Source: an uncultured delta proteobacterium (GTDB lineage Bacteria > Myxococcota_A > Polyangia > Polyangiales > Houyiibacteriaceae). From it: a stretch of 64,000 nucleotides of DNA. A program made the position numbers and the translations under genes. Location of the stretch: positions 1 to 64,000 of the forward strand of contig CAVOVB010000001.1 of the NCBI GenBank assembly GCA_963699755.1. The letters are read 5' to 3'. Shown here one piece after another: positions 34,844-45,411 of the stretch; the stretch's first letter is position 1; every line of letters starts with the position of its first letter. A model generated the notes under the pieces. The model made no database searches. It saw nothing but the letters and a program-made list of their open reading frames with translations, and had not been told where the DNA came from.

Positions 34844-37056
34844 CAGGAGGTGCGGGCAGCGCGTGCGCGACGCCGGAACCCGAGCGCCAGCAATGCGAGC
34901 AGAATCCAGCCTGCCGTGACAGGAGGGGCTCCGCCGACGCTGCAACCACCGCCTCCGCCTCCGTTCGTGGCGCCCTTGGCGCATGCGGCGGCTGAGTCCT
35001 CGCTTGGGATCGTGGGGTCGACGCACTTGCAGGCGAGCTCGAGCTCGTCGGCTGCGTCGGTGAGGAGGGAGCTCGCCGATGCGGCGCCGTCTTGGGCGCG
35101 CCAATCGTCGTGATGCGTTTGGGCTTGGTCGAGCTTTGCGCTCACCGAGCTCCAGGTTTGCTCGCTGAGGTCGCCCGCGGCAACGGCCTCTGCTCCTGCG
35201 TTGCGAGCCTGCGCGATTAGGTCACCAACCGAGTTGACGTCCTCTGTTGCACCGACGAGGTCGGTTTGGTCGATCGTGGCAGCGCGCCGGTCTCTGGCTG
35301 CTCCCGCGCAGGCAGCATCGCGCACGATGAGGTCACTTCGCGTCGTGCGCCAGACGGCGATGCCGCCTTCGACGGGGCGGTCGACGATGCTGAGGTCTTG
35401 CCGGTTCGCGAAGGTGCGGGAAACGAGCGTGCGTGTCGGCGACTGGGGAATGACCAAGGTGCCGTCGTTGAGGATGTTGACCAACGCTGTCGAATCCTCG
35501 AGTGACTCCGAGAACCATAGGAGCTCCCCCGTCTCTCGATCGGCGATTCCCATCGCGGTTTGGATGGGAAAGAGCGCGCTGCTCGCCCCGATGGGAAGAA
35601 TCGTGCCCACCCCCACTTGAAAGGCGAGATGGTTCGCTCCGACCGGCGAGCTCAGCAGAGTTCCCTCGACCAGGCGTGCGTCGGTCTCGTCGCCTTCCCA
35701 CAAATCGAAACCCACCGAGTACTTGATCTCGCCGCGGTCACCGCGGTCGATGACGGCGACCGTATCGAAAAGCGTGTTGACGTAAATCTCGTTGTTGTCG
35801 GACGCGACGGTTGGTGATGCGACGATCTGCCCTCCAACATCGAGCGTCCAAAGCGTCTCGCAGCTCTGGGGATCGTAGGCCAAGAGATTGCCCACTGCGT
35901 CGGCCACATAGAACCGTGTTTCGTCCGCCTTCCCCGCCGTCGTGGTTGCGGAGCCGCCTTCGAACGAAAGATGGCAGACTTCCTCGATGCCGTAGAATTC
36001 CGCGCCAGGCTGCTTGACGACGTCGAAGGTGTAGACCGCCCCGTTTTCAGAGAGCCCGTCCTCGCTTCCGTCCTCGGCATCGGGCGCGGTGGTCGAGATG
36101 TAGATGCGACCTCCGCCATCGGGCAGCGGGCCGCGCGAGAAGGTGTTCGCGTTGACGACGGCGTGACCGAGAATGAAGGCGACGAACAGATTGAAGTTGC
36201 CGCCCTCGGGGGCGCCCGCAATGAGCGGCGCAAAAAGCTCATCGGCTTGCTCGATGTATTGATCGAGCAAGGGGTTTTGGATGCCCATGCCGGGCGCAGG
36301 TGAGCCCGGCATTTTGTAGGGCTCTTCGATGAGGGGGTCCCCCGTCTTGCGGTCGAGAATCTCGATGAATCCGTCCCCCGTGATCATGACGATGCCATCG
36401 ACGCCCGGCAGATAGCTCGGCCCCCAGGCCACGTGCTCACCGAGGTTGGTGAAATTGACCGTCGCTGGCGGCAATCCAAGCCGGGTCGGCTTGCTCCATA
36501 CGACGGTGCCATCGGTGCGCAGCATCCAAACGCGGTGGCGCTTGCCCGCGACGACGAGCTCTTCGCCGGTCTCGGGATCCTTCAGCGTCATCGGCGCATC
36601 GGCGACCGTCAGGAACTCGTTCGGCTCGCCCGGGATGGACCACTCGGTGCCGCAGTCGTGCATGTCGTACTTGTTGATGACGCTCTTGTCTCCGGCCCAG
36701 GCGGGGCTTGCGTAGTAGAAGCCTTCGCTGTCTTGCGCGCCCGCCACCGGGAAGTGGTGCGTCGGGTCGGTGACACAGGTGAGCTCGAAGGTCGGCGCGA
36801 TCACGGTGGTGAGCTCGTCGGCGTTGAGGGCGTTGCCGTGCCGCTCGTTCCACAGAGCGCGGTCGCGGCCGATGACCGGATCGACGAACTGGGTGTCCCG
36901 AGGCCCTTCGGGCTTCCAGGTCGTGACGGGCGGAATCGACGGCGTGCGGAGGGTCGGCTCGTCGATCGGGGCGCCAAGTTGGGCCGAGGCGGGAGCGGCG
37001 ACGGCGCTCGCGACCAGCACCGCCGCGATTGAGAGAACGATTGTGCTTCGTGTCAT
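34840..37056 (-). CDS. secreted beta-propeller (PQQ-like repeat) protein with MYXO-CTERM-type sorting signal
   Basis: Own RBS GGAGG + ATG 37056, signal peptide ending APASAQ, propeller-like W repeats, C-terminal GGGGGCSVGG..WILLALLALGFRRRAR; in frame with the upstream desaturase. Confidence 0.75.
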   Translation of the reverse strand: MTRSTIVLSIAAVLVASAVAAPASAQLGAPIDEPTLRTPSIPPVTTWKPEGPRDTQFVDPVIGRDRALWNERHGNALNADELTTVIAPTFELTCVTDPTHHFPVAGAQDSEGFYYASPAWAGDKSVINKYDMHDCGTEWSIPGEPNEFLTVADAPMTLKDPETGEELVVAGKRHRVWMLRTDGTVVWSKPTRLGLPPATVNFTNLGEHVAWGPSYLPGVDGIVMITGDGFIEILDRKTGDPLIEEPYKMPGSPAPGMGIQNPLLDQYIEQADELFAPLIAGAPEGGNFNLFVAFILGHAVVNANTFSRGPLPDGGGRIYISTTAPDAEDGSEDGLSENGAVYTFDVVKQPGAEFYGIEEVCHLSFEGGSATTTAGKADETRFYVADAVGNLLAYDPQSCETLWTLDVGGQIVASPTVASDNNEIYVNTLFDTVAVIDRGDRGEIKYSVGFDLWEGDETDARLVEGTLLSSPVGANHLAFQVGVGTILPIGASSALFPIQTAMGIADRETGELLWFSESLEDSTALVNILNDGTLVIPQSPTRTLVSRTFANRQDLSIVDRPVEGGIAVWRTTRSDLIVRDAACAGAARDRRAATIDQTDLVGATEDVNSVGDLIAQARNAGAEAVAAGDLSEQTWSSVSAKLDQAQTHHDDWRAQDGAASASSLLTDAADELELACKCVDPTIPSEDSAAACAKGATNGGGGGGCSVGGAPPVTAGWILLALLALGFRRRARAARTSC

Positions 37057-37878
37057 GTTGCTTTCCTCCACGCGCTGAAGCGGCACGGGTTCTTTCACCA
37101 AGGGCCAAAGGAGCTGCTCCGACCAGCTCGATTCGGGAAGGTCTTCCACGCCGTACTCGGCGGGGAATCTGCGGGTGATTTTCGCGGTGCCGAAGAGAAC
37201 ATCCCAGAAGAAAAACAGGTTGCCGAAGTTCCCCTTGTAGTGCGTGATGCCATCGTTTTGGTGCTTGCCATGATGCGCCGAGTGCGTTGCCGGGGTGGAG
37301 ATGGTTCGTTCGGCGAGCCACATGAGGGGCGACAGCCACTTCACTTTGTAGAGCGGCTCATCCCAATGCACCTCGGAGTGCGCACCGATGATGACCAAGT
37401 GCTTGACGATGATGTAGGGGGCGTAGACCCAGCCGAGGCCGAGGTAGATGAGGATGCCGGAGAGCCAAATCGACGGCATCAAAAGATAGAAGAAGAGGTT
37501 GTTCCGCCAGACCACACGAACGCTGAGGTACTCCGCGTTGTGATGGGCGCGGTGCAGGCTGTAGAGCCAGGGCACGCTGTGTGACGCGCGGTGCCACCAG
37601 TACTGAGCCATGTCGTCGAACACGATCAGCAATGCGACCTGGGCGAAGATGGGAAGGGCGATGAGCGCGTCGCGGGCGCCCGGTGCCGCCACGGACATGA
37701 GGCCGTCTGCCATGAGCAGGATCGCCGGCTGCGTCAGGAGCAGCAGGGTCGCGCTGCTGACCGTTTCGACGATGGCGTCGTCGCGGGTGGCTTTCGCTTT
37801 CCTGAAGAATCCGTGGCGGACAGCCTCTGCGATGGCGAAAAGGACAAAGATTCCGAGAATGAATGGCTGTGGCTTCAT
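37057..37878 (-). CDS. sterol desaturase / fatty acid hydroxylase family protein (no stop before the next gene)
   Basis: YWWHRASH, HRAHH, HSAHH, NFGNL...WD.LFGT His boxes; reads in frame into the downstream secreted protein. Confidence 0.85.
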
Positions 37879-37929
37879 GGCTACCTCCGTGGGGTGCCGT
37901 CGTTATTAGCGGAAGCGCTATCGGTAGAA

Positions 37930-37945
37930 TGTAAAATATTTTACA
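37930..37945. promoter_or_regulatory. Crp/Fnr-type palindrome TGTAA-N6-TTACA
   Basis: TGTAAAATATTTTACA perfect palindrome between the divergent desaturase and Crp/Fnr genes. Confidence 0.65.
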
Positions 37946-37953
37946 ATCAGGTC

Positions 37954-38646
37954 ATGCCTACCCGGACGCTGGAGTTTGGCCTACGTGGGTTGCTCAACGC
38001 GCTGCCCGACCCGATTCGGAAGGCGCTCGAAGCCGCGGCAGTCCCGATCCCTTATCGCGACGGCGCCTTGATTCAGGCCCGCGGCGACGCCACCCCGGGG
38101 CTATCGATCGTCCGATCGGGGGCCGTGCGCATCGGCAACATCGGCGCGGACGGGCACCACCTGACGACCGCGGTCTTCGGCGCAGGGCAGACCTTTGGCG
38201 AGATGACGCTCTTTGGCGACCTCCCTCGAACCTTCGATGCGCGCGCGTTCGGACCCACGACCATTGCCCACGTCAGCAAGGAGCGATTCGAACGCCTGCT
38301 CGACGAGCATCCCGAGCTGGGCCGGTTCATTCTACGGTCGCTGAGCTTGCAGCTTCATGCGGCGCTCGAGTTCATCGATGACGCGCGGCGACTTCCGCTT
38401 CTGGTCCGAACCGCGAAGCTGCTCGCGGACATGACTCGCGCCGGCTCCGACAAAGCGACTCTCGAGACCACGCAATCCGCGGTCGCCAACACGCTCGGCG
38501 TGACGCGCGTGTCGGTGGCCCATGCGCTTGCCGAGCTGGAGCGCGAGGGCTTGCTTCGCAGAGGCTACGCGCGGATCGAGATTCCGAATCTGCGCGCCCT
38601 CCGACAGTGGGTCGATGAGCGCTCGGAGCTTGCGCCAGTCCGATAG
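37954..38646 (+). CDS. Crp/Fnr family transcriptional regulator
   Basis: cNMP-binding GQTFGE..LF...PRT.DARA; HTH TQSAVANTLGVTRVSV..AL..LEREG. Confidence 0.9.
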   Translation: MPTRTLEFGLRGLLNALPDPIRKALEAAAVPIPYRDGALIQARGDATPGLSIVRSGAVRIGNIGADGHHLTTAVFGAGQTFGEMTLFGDLPRTFDARAFGPTTIAHVSKERFERLLDEHPELGRFILRSLSLQLHAALEFIDDARRLPLLVRTAKLLADMTRAGSDKATLETTQSAVANTLGVTRVSVAHALAELEREGLLRRGYARIEIPNLRALRQWVDERSELAPVR

Positions 38647-38664
38647 GGAGCGCGCGCGCGGCCA

Positions 38665-38931
38665 CTACATGAGGCGAAAGAGTAGCCAGGCGGCGGCAGC
38701 GACGAGAGCGACAAGGATCGGGATGACGAGCTTGAAGACCCGGCCGGATCGGTCCATGAGCGCGGCACTTTTCGCTTGAATCCGCTCGGCCCGATCGTTG
38801 ATGGCGTTCGCACGGTCGTACTGCGTCTTGGCGAGCTCGAAATGCTCGCGCTGAATCGAGAGCTGCTCGCGCTGCCCCTCGCGAATCTCTTGCAGCAGCT
38901 TGGCAAGCTGCTCAACGTCCTCTTTGTCCAT
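38665..38931 (-). CDS. hypothetical protein, coiled coil with C-terminal TM
   Basis: Plausible RBS and ATG 38931; C-terminal hydrophobic helix. Confidence 0.6.
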   Translation of the reverse strand: MDKEDVEQLAKLLQEIREGQREQLSIQREHFELAKTQYDRANAINDRAERIQAKSAALMDRSGRVFKLVIPILVALVAAAAWLLFRLM

Positions 38932-39161
38932 CACTCCCCCCAAGCACAAGATATCAGTGCTGGGGCGGTCCGCCCCAAATCTTCTCAGACCCTACCGAGG
39001 TTCGCCCGGAGGGGCGCCGAGGAGTTTGCGCGCGAGGCGGGGCGGTGGGGCGCGAGCTTTGCACCTCCTTTTACGAGAAAGAATTACGTATGGACGGGCG
39101 TAGCCGGGCAAGGCAGCTTGGCTGTGACCTGTGGCTGTGGGTCTAACCGGGGAGGTTGCGT

Positions 39162-39902
39162 ATGCGTTGTTCGAGGATCGGCTTGGCGGTGGTGCTCGTC
39201 GGCCTCGTGACCGGAACATTGCACCGAGCTGCGGCGCAGGATGTCGAGCGCGCAAGCGATCCTGAGGGACGCGGCTCGCTTTCGGCCGAGCTGAGGTTCC
39301 GCCTGTTTACGACGGCATATCGCTGGTCGAGCTACCGCCCGGAGGCCACGAACCTGCCGGACTCGGGAAAGCGGAGCCTCTATCTGGTGCCTTCCGTGGG
39401 CGCGCGCTTCTATCCGAAGCACGGCCATGGCGTGCTGGTCGACGTCGATTACCGGCTCGACATGGACCTCGACAGCGATGCTAGTTTCCTCTGCATCTTC
39501 GACTGCCCGCCTCAGTTGTGGACGAACCTCGTCGTTGCGCATGCGGGCTACGCCTATCGGTACGTCATCCCGTCGCACAAGCAGGGGCGTCTCACCTGGA
39601 CGATTACCCCGCACGCGAGCGTGGCTGCCGGCGCTGCGTTCACCGACGAAATTGACTCCCCTGGCCAGTCCTTCCGCTCGCCTGTCGTCGGAGCGCGCTT
39701 CGGTCTCGACATCGACCTTCACATCAAGCGTTTCTTCATGGGCTGGACGCTCCGGTACGAGATCTTGAGCCACACGAAAGGGGCTCTTCGATTGTCCCAC
39801 TTCCTTTCCTGGAACGTCGTTCCCGTATTCGCCATCGGCGCGGTCCTAGGTCGAAAAGTCCAGACTCGCGGCGCGGCTGGCCTGCCGGGGGCAACCCGCT
39901 AA
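39162..39902 (+). CDS. hypothetical exported / outer-membrane beta-strand protein
   Basis: Signal peptide ending AAAQ; alternating aromatic beta-strand pattern. Confidence 0.55.
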   Translation: MRCSRIGLAVVLVGLVTGTLHRAAAQDVERASDPEGRGSLSAELRFRLFTTAYRWSSYRPEATNLPDSGKRSLYLVPSVGARFYPKHGHGVLVDVDYRLDMDLDSDASFLCIFDCPPQLWTNLVVAHAGYAYRYVIPSHKQGRLTWTITPHASVAAGAAFTDEIDSPGQSFRSPVVGARFGLDIDLHIKRFFMGWTLRYEILSHTKGALRLSHFLSWNVVPVFAIGAVLGRKVQTRGAAGLPGATR

Positions 39903-39955
39903 GTCGTCAGCCTCGCCTGCAAACCCGCCGGGGTGGCGCATGCTAGAGAACCATC

Positions 39956-40396
39956 ATGTCACGCGCGGAGAACTTCGAAAAGATACCGAAGGCAAGGGAG
40001 CAGTTCATCCTCGAGGGGATGATGTCGCATGCGCCTTTTCCGAATTTCCTCGGGATGCGATTCGAGGAGGTGCGGCTCGATTACGGCCGGATCTCGCTTC
40101 CGTTTCGGCCGGAATTCAATCAGCCGGCGGGGATGATTCACGGAGGCGTCATCGCATCGCTCATCGACACGGTGGTGGTCGGGCCGTTGCTCTCGGGGCT
40201 GGACGCGCCGCCGAGGAAGCTCCTGACGATTGACCTGCACGTGCACTACTTCGATGCCGGCATCGAGGAGGACCTCGTCGCCGAGGGCTGGGTGAAGCGG
40301 CGTGGGCGAAGCACCGCGTTCGTGGGCGCCGAGGTCAGGACCGCTTCAGGGAAGCTCCTTGCCGAGGGCAACATGGCGTATCGCATCGTCCCCTAG
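39956..40396 (+). CDS. PaaI family thioesterase
   Basis: NQPAGMIHGGVIASLID, T.DL.V.Y, RRGRS hotdog-fold motifs. Confidence 0.9.
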   Translation: MSRAENFEKIPKAREQFILEGMMSHAPFPNFLGMRFEEVRLDYGRISLPFRPEFNQPAGMIHGGVIASLIDTVVVGPLLSGLDAPPRKLLTIDLHVHYFDAGIEEDLVAEGWVKRRGRSTAFVGAEVRTASGKLLAEGNMAYRIVP

Positions 40397-40510
40397 GCGC
40401 GCGCAGGCCCAACGCCTTGAAAGCCAGGCCAAGGCTCGAAAGGCAGGGTGCATGTGCTTTCGGAGAGCGTTCGGCGGAGAGTTTCTCTGTTGAGGCCTTG
40501 CCGATGAGCC

Positions 40511-41233
40511 TCAGCCCGCTGCTGCGTGCATTTCGTCGTAGACCGTTGCCAAGTCTTCGAGCGCCGCTGCGCAGTCGCCTTCGAAGGACGAGCCGTGCAC
40601 CACTCCGAGGACGCTCGGCTGCAACTCCGCCAAAGAGCGGATGGTCTTACCGGTGGTCGGAGTCAGGCAGGTTGCTTTGAATGCGGCCTCGGCTTCCTTT
40701 GCCGGGCCGACGATGTCTTTCGATGTCAGCGCCGATTCGTTGCCGAGCTGTGTGAAGAGGCCTCTGCAGAACAGCGTGCGCGTCGCTTCCTCGAAGAGGA
40801 CTCGTGCTTCCCAGCAATGGGGCACGTGGGGTGTATCGAAATGGTGGACGACTTTGCCGCCGAGGTCGAGCACCTCGCCGTGGTGCAAGGCGCGTGGAGG
40901 GCGGTCGGCCAGATCGTTGAGAGAGACCATGCAATCCACTTCGCCGTGAGCCACGGTGGCATTTGGAGCGCGCTCGAGCCATTGGTTCATGGAGCCGCAC
41001 TCGTCCGATTCGATGTGTCCAAACGTGATCCAGCGGAGTGAGTCGACGGGGATCAGCTCGGCGACCGCCGCCCGCACGGCAGGAAACATGGCGCGCGGCC
41101 CGGTGTGAAACAGCAAAGGCTCGACCGCCCGGATCAGAAACTGGTTGAATGTGAAGCCGGTTGGACCGATGTCGGGCACAAAGGTGCTGATCCGGAAGAC
41201 GTCGGCGGCGATTTCGTCGGTCGTGGTGTTCAT
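40511..41233 (-). CDS. metallo-beta-lactamase fold protein (FprA-like N domain)
   Basis: FNQFLI...EPLLFHTG, GHIESDECG, TPHVPHCWE. Confidence 0.85.
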   Translation of the reverse strand: MNTTTDEIAADVFRISTFVPDIGPTGFTFNQFLIRAVEPLLFHTGPRAMFPAVRAAVAELIPVDSLRWITFGHIESDECGSMNQWLERAPNATVAHGEVDCMVSLNDLADRPPRALHHGEVLDLGGKVVHHFDTPHVPHCWEARVLFEEATRTLFCRGLFTQLGNESALTSKDIVGPAKEAEAAFKATCLTPTTGKTIRSLAELQPSVLGVVHGSSFEGDCAAALEDLATVYDEMHAAAG

Positions 41234-41363
41234 CGGTTTGTCCTGGTGCCCCCCGGGGAGAGCACGCGAACCACAGTACGCGGCGCCTCAAAAAGACGCA
41301 TTCGCAAACGCTGCGGGAGGAGAGAATTCGGTGTGGTGAGGCGCGGTTCAGCGACCGGCTCAC

Positions 41364-41396
41364 AAGAACGGGGGCACCGGCAAACCGGCACCCCCC
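41364..41396 (-). terminator. possible intrinsic terminator
   Basis: GGGGGTGCCGG-TTTG-CCGGTGCCCCC hairpin (two G-U pairs) followed by GTTCTT, downstream of the Cys-rich gene. Confidence 0.4.
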
Positions 41397-41422
41397 TTCC
41401 CGTTGAAGCCTCGGGCTTTGGG

Positions 41423-43567
41423 TTATTCGCAGTTCACCGAGAGGGTGGCCGCGAAATCGTAGAGCCGGCTGTCGATGAAGTCGCCGACGCCGCGTAGCTC
41501 CGCGCCGGACGTGCTCAGGACGACACCGCTCGTACACATGAAGGGCGCGCCTGTGTTCGATGCTGGGACAGGTGTGACCAGGCCGCCACCGACGTTGTTG
41601 GCGTTCTCGATGGCGGTGGTGGCCGTGGTCGTGGTGAATGGGAAACAGGTCGGCGGAAGAGTGCCCTGCGGGGTGTCATCCGCGGTGCAGGGCAGTCCGT
41701 CTGGCCCCCTTCCCTCCACCAAGCCGGTGCTCGGATTGATGAAGTTGATGTTGACGCCGTAGCCGATTTCCAAACGCGCTTGGCCGGCTGCCACCGGGCT
41801 GCCGTTTCCAAGTCTCTGACACTGACAGGCGCAGGCGCCTGCGTGGTTCAGCTCATCGCAGGTGTCGCCATCGAGGCAGCTGTTGGCGTCCACTGGGAGC
41901 TCGTCAGTGGTGCACATGGGCGTATCCGCCAGCCTGCAGAACCCTTCGCAGGCCGGTGAGTTGTCGAAGCGCGTTGCACCGAGAGTCGCGCAGTGGGCGT
42001 CACATTCGTCCCTGCAAGCTTGATTGTCGTTGCAGGTGCCGGCGGGCACGGGGATCGTGTGATTCATGATCAGCTCGATGTCTTGGTCGTTGCCGGCCTG
42101 GCAGTCGATGAGGCCGGCGGCGCAGTCCTCGGCCGCCATCGGGACGAGGCAGATGTCGCCGATGATGGGGATGAACATCGGGCCGACCGAGATGAACTCG
42201 GCGCCGCAGACGCGCTGTGCAGTGCCGTCTGGCGTGTAGGTGTCACAGATGATTTTCGCGGAACCGGTGAAGGGGAGCACGAGAGGATTGACGCCCAAGA
42301 GATTGAAGTTGTCATTGAAGAACAGTTGGGCATTGCTGCTCGGCGCGGAGAAGTTGCAGACGAGCTCGACCTCGCAGGCGCCGGTGTCCGGGTTGCAGAT
42401 CTCGTCGGCACCAGTGCACTTCGGAAGCGACACGCACCCGCCGGCGTCGCTGTCGCATCTCTCCACGGTACACGGGTCGCCGTCATCCTGGCACGTCGTG
42501 GGGGAAGACCCGCAACCGTGGATGGGGTCGCAGAGCTCGCCAGTCGTGCAAGGGTCGTCATCGCTGCAATCGGTGGGGGGATTCACACAGCCGCCGGCGA
42601 CTGGGTCAGGGTCACACTCGTCATCGGTGCAGATGTCACCGTCGCTACAATCGGTTGGGCCGGTGAGGATCGGGACGCAGCTTTCGTCGCAGGTCTCGAA
42701 CTGGTCGCAGGGGCTGACTGGATCGTGGCAGACTTCGTGCTCACAGGCGTAGTTGAAGCAGGTGTCCGACGTGCAGGGGTCGGCGTCATCGCAGGCTTCA
42801 TCGTTCAAGCAGCATCCCGGAATGGGCGCGTAGGTGCAGCCGCCTAGCGGATCGCAGAAGCCGCCGGTTTCGCATGGACCTGGTGGGTCGCAGACGACAG
42901 GAAGGTCGACGCACGCGCCGCTTGCCGGATCACAGCCCGTCTCTTCGCAGGCGTCATCGGGCGTGCAAACGGCAGCTCCGGTGGAAACGCACTCGTTGTT
43001 GGTGCATGCCTCGAAGGTGCAGAGGTCTGCGTCTGCACATTCTTCATCGCTCTCGCAGCAGTCTGGAATGGCGCTTAGCTCGCAGTCGCCGGCCCCGCTA
43101 CAGAAGCCCGAATCTAGCGTACATGCAGAGCCGTCCTGCGCGGTGCAGGGATCTCCAGGCAACGGAGCGCTCTCGCAACCGCCTGTTTCTGGGTTGCACG
43201 AATCGGCCGTGCACTGGTTGCCATCGTTGCAGTTGACGGCCGAATGCACGCAGTCGCCGCCGACGCACTCGTCGATGGTGCACGCGTTGCCGTCGTCGCA
43301 GGTCTCTTCGCACAAGGGCGCACAGGGACCGATGTAGTCGCCGTGTTTGAGGTGCGCCTTGATCGCGTTTCCGCTCACCTTGATGGTGTGGGCGTTGCCC
43401 GGATTGCCCGGCGGAATGTGGCAGATTTCGACTTTGCCCGCTGGCGCTGCGAGGGCTGGAGACACTGGCAGAGCGGTGACGGCGAGCAGCGCGAACGCGG
43501 ACAATCCCGCACAAGGTCGGATCCGCATCCGAAATGCGTACCCATCGGAGCTTTGGAAACTAGTCAT
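41423..43567 (-). CDS. secreted cysteine-rich repeat protein
   Basis: Signal peptide, KV.ICH.PPGNP.N.HTI.V...A..AHL.HGD..G.C module, many CDDG..CT.D.C repeats. Confidence 0.8.
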   Translation of the reverse strand: MTSFQSSDGYAFRMRIRPCAGLSAFALLAVTALPVSPALAAPAGKVEICHIPPGNPGNAHTIKVSGNAIKAHLKHGDYIGPCAPLCEETCDDGNACTIDECVGGDCVHSAVNCNDGNQCTADSCNPETGGCESAPLPGDPCTAQDGSACTLDSGFCSGAGDCELSAIPDCCESDEECADADLCTFEACTNNECVSTGAAVCTPDDACEETGCDPASGACVDLPVVCDPPGPCETGGFCDPLGGCTYAPIPGCCLNDEACDDADPCTSDTCFNYACEHEVCHDPVSPCDQFETCDESCVPILTGPTDCSDGDICTDDECDPDPVAGGCVNPPTDCSDDDPCTTGELCDPIHGCGSSPTTCQDDGDPCTVERCDSDAGGCVSLPKCTGADEICNPDTGACEVELVCNFSAPSSNAQLFFNDNFNLLGVNPLVLPFTGSAKIICDTYTPDGTAQRVCGAEFISVGPMFIPIIGDICLVPMAAEDCAAGLIDCQAGNDQDIELIMNHTIPVPAGTCNDNQACRDECDAHCATLGATRFDNSPACEGFCRLADTPMCTTDELPVDANSCLDGDTCDELNHAGACACQCQRLGNGSPVAAGQARLEIGYGVNINFINPSTGLVEGRGPDGLPCTADDTPQGTLPPTCFPFTTTTATTAIENANNVGGGLVTPVPASNTGAPFMCTSGVVLSTSGAELRGVGDFIDSRLYDFAATLSVNCE

Positions 43568-43777
43568 CGGTCACCCTCCATTGTTGGTCGCGCCGCATGG
43601 CGAGACGAATGTCCTCTGGTACCGACCGGGAGTATTTTTCTCTATACGTAATTTTTCGTAGCGTTGAGGTCCGAGAGGTGTGCGAAGTGACGAACACCAG
43701 TGTTTCGTCGTCGCATCGCGGTCTTGGTCGTGCGCGCAGCCGTAGCGGACGTGAACAATTACTTACGCACTTGAGGA

Positions 43778-43927
43778 CTAGCTGCGTAAGGGCCGTGCGC
43801 CTGGAGCAAGCACGCCTGGCTCGAGCTCGTCGAGGTGGAGCGCGCGGAGATAGGACTCGTCCAGGAAGGCAGCCCAGAAGATGTCGGTTGTGCAGGGGAG
43901 GACGGCCGATGCGGTGGAGCTTTTCAC
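43778..43927 (-). pseudogene. short remnant of a DUF2505-like gene
   Basis: GTGA-coupled to the SRPBCC stop; VKSSTASAVLPCTTDIFWAAFLDESYLRALHLDEL then an abrupt end. Confidence 0.35.
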
Positions 43928-44358
43928 GTGGGCGTTTCGCCAGCCTGCAAGAATGCCCGCCAAGGGTCCCAGTAGTACTTCCGCCAGCCTTGGTTCACGC
44001 CTTCGTAGTCGTCCTCTGGAACGCCGACATGCACAAGATCGATACGTCCGCCCGACGGTGCCTCCGAAAACGCGAGTATGAGGATTGCGTCGGGGTCGTC
44101 TGCCGCAAAGTTCGTCGAGCGCCAGGTCTGCACGACGAGGCGCCCCGGCACCGTCGCGACCATCCGCCCGGTTAGCGCGCCCGCAAACGCGGAAAACGCG
44201 GACCCGGGCTCGCGCGATACCGTCACTTCGCTCCCGGTGAACGCCGAGTGCTGCGCCGCATCGACGTACATCTCGAAGAGCGTTTCGGGAGAAGCCGGAA
44301 GCTCGACGCTCTGTTGAATATCCTTGCCCATCAGATGGCCCTCGGGGGAATCGCTCAC
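43924..44358 (-). CDS. SRPBCC/AHSA1-like protein
   Basis: ASPETLF..Y.D...HSAFTG.....PG..FSAF.G...G....VPG..VVQTWR...GW..YYW. Confidence 0.85.
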   Translation of the reverse strand: MSDSPEGHLMGKDIQQSVELPASPETLFEMYVDAAQHSAFTGSEVTVSREPGSAFSAFAGALTGRMVATVPGRLVVQTWRSTNFAADDPDAILILAFSEAPSGGRIDLVHVGVPEDDYEGVNQGWRKYYWDPWRAFLQAGETPT

Positions 44359-44930
44359 ATCATGTTGCTACGACAGGTGCAGGACTGGTCGAGCTCGAAG
44401 TCGCAATTGCCGGCTGCGTCTGGGACCAGGCAGCAGAACAACCCCGAGCCGCATTCGCTATTGTCTTCGCAGTCCGCCCCCTCAAACTCGCCGACCTGGC
44501 CGCCCGACGAGTAGGTCGAGCAATCTTCAACACATTGATTCAAGCTCGGCCCACAGTTGGCCGCGTCGAGGCAACAGAACGCGCCCAAGCTCGACGCCTG
44601 TGGATCGCAGCCGTTGTTGCTCGTGCATGTCGCGCCGAGGTCACCGCCCTTGCAAGCATAGTACTCGACCTCCCCCTCGGTGCGATCCAGCTGGCATGTC
44701 TGCTCGGCAGGGCACCCGGATTCCGCATCGCAACTACCGCCGCAGTCGATGCCCGAACGCCTGCAGATCCCGATCGTTGCAAAATCGTTGTCGCATGAGC
44801 AAGCCGGAGGGCAGTCGCCGTCGTTGATGCACTCAAACGAGCCCGGTTCGCCTGATTTGCATGAAGGACCGGCAGCCAAAAGAACGGCGAATGCGAGCAT
44901 CGCCGCGCCCGCTGAAATTTGGAACTTCAT
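44355..44930 (-). CDS. Cys-rich lipoprotein
   Basis: Lipobox-like AGPSC; C..D.DC / C..N.EC repeats. Confidence 0.7.
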   Translation of the reverse strand: MKFQISAGAAMLAFAVLLAAGPSCKSGEPGSFECINDGDCPPACSCDNDFATIGICRRSGIDCGGSCDAESGCPAEQTCQLDRTEGEVEYYACKGGDLGATCTSNNGCDPQASSLGAFCCLDAANCGPSLNQCVEDCSTYSSGGQVGEFEGADCEDNSECGSGLFCCLVPDAAGNCDFELDQSCTCRSNMM

Positions 44931-44970
44931 GATCCCTCCCTATCAAACGCCAGTCGAAAATGCCAGGGCG

Positions 44971-45327
44971 TTAGAAAATGTACCCCAGGTTGAGCTGGAT
45001 CTGATGGTAACCCGTTCGGAACGAGGCTGTCGTCGCGCTGTTGAGGCTGATGGAATAGTTCATGTCGAAATTGAACATCGCCAGATCGACGTTGATGCCG
45101 AATCGGGCGATGGCCTGATAGATGGTTAGGTTGTCGGCCTTGGGTTTGAGCCGGAGGGAGGGCTGCCCATCTCTTCGAACAATGATTTTCGTGTTGAAGT
45201 GATTCACGTAGCCGGCGTAGAGGAGAACTTGATGTCGAGCTTGGGCCGCTGCGCTGCGCTATACGGCGGCGCGCAGGTGCAGCGCTGAGAGCAGAATGAA
45301 GAGCGATAGGAAGAAGAGCTTCCTCAT
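44971..45327 (-). pseudogene. degraded outer-membrane protein gene
   Basis: Signal-like start MRKLFFLSLFILL, in-frame TAG, C-terminal QLNLGYIF beta-signal; far too short for a barrel. Confidence 0.4.
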
Positions 45328-45411
45328 GGTCGAGCTGCGAGGAGGTGTATCGGGAGGCCGTTGCAACCCGTAGCACGCACTTCGCTGCGGCCCCTAACGG
45401 AAAGACCGGGT

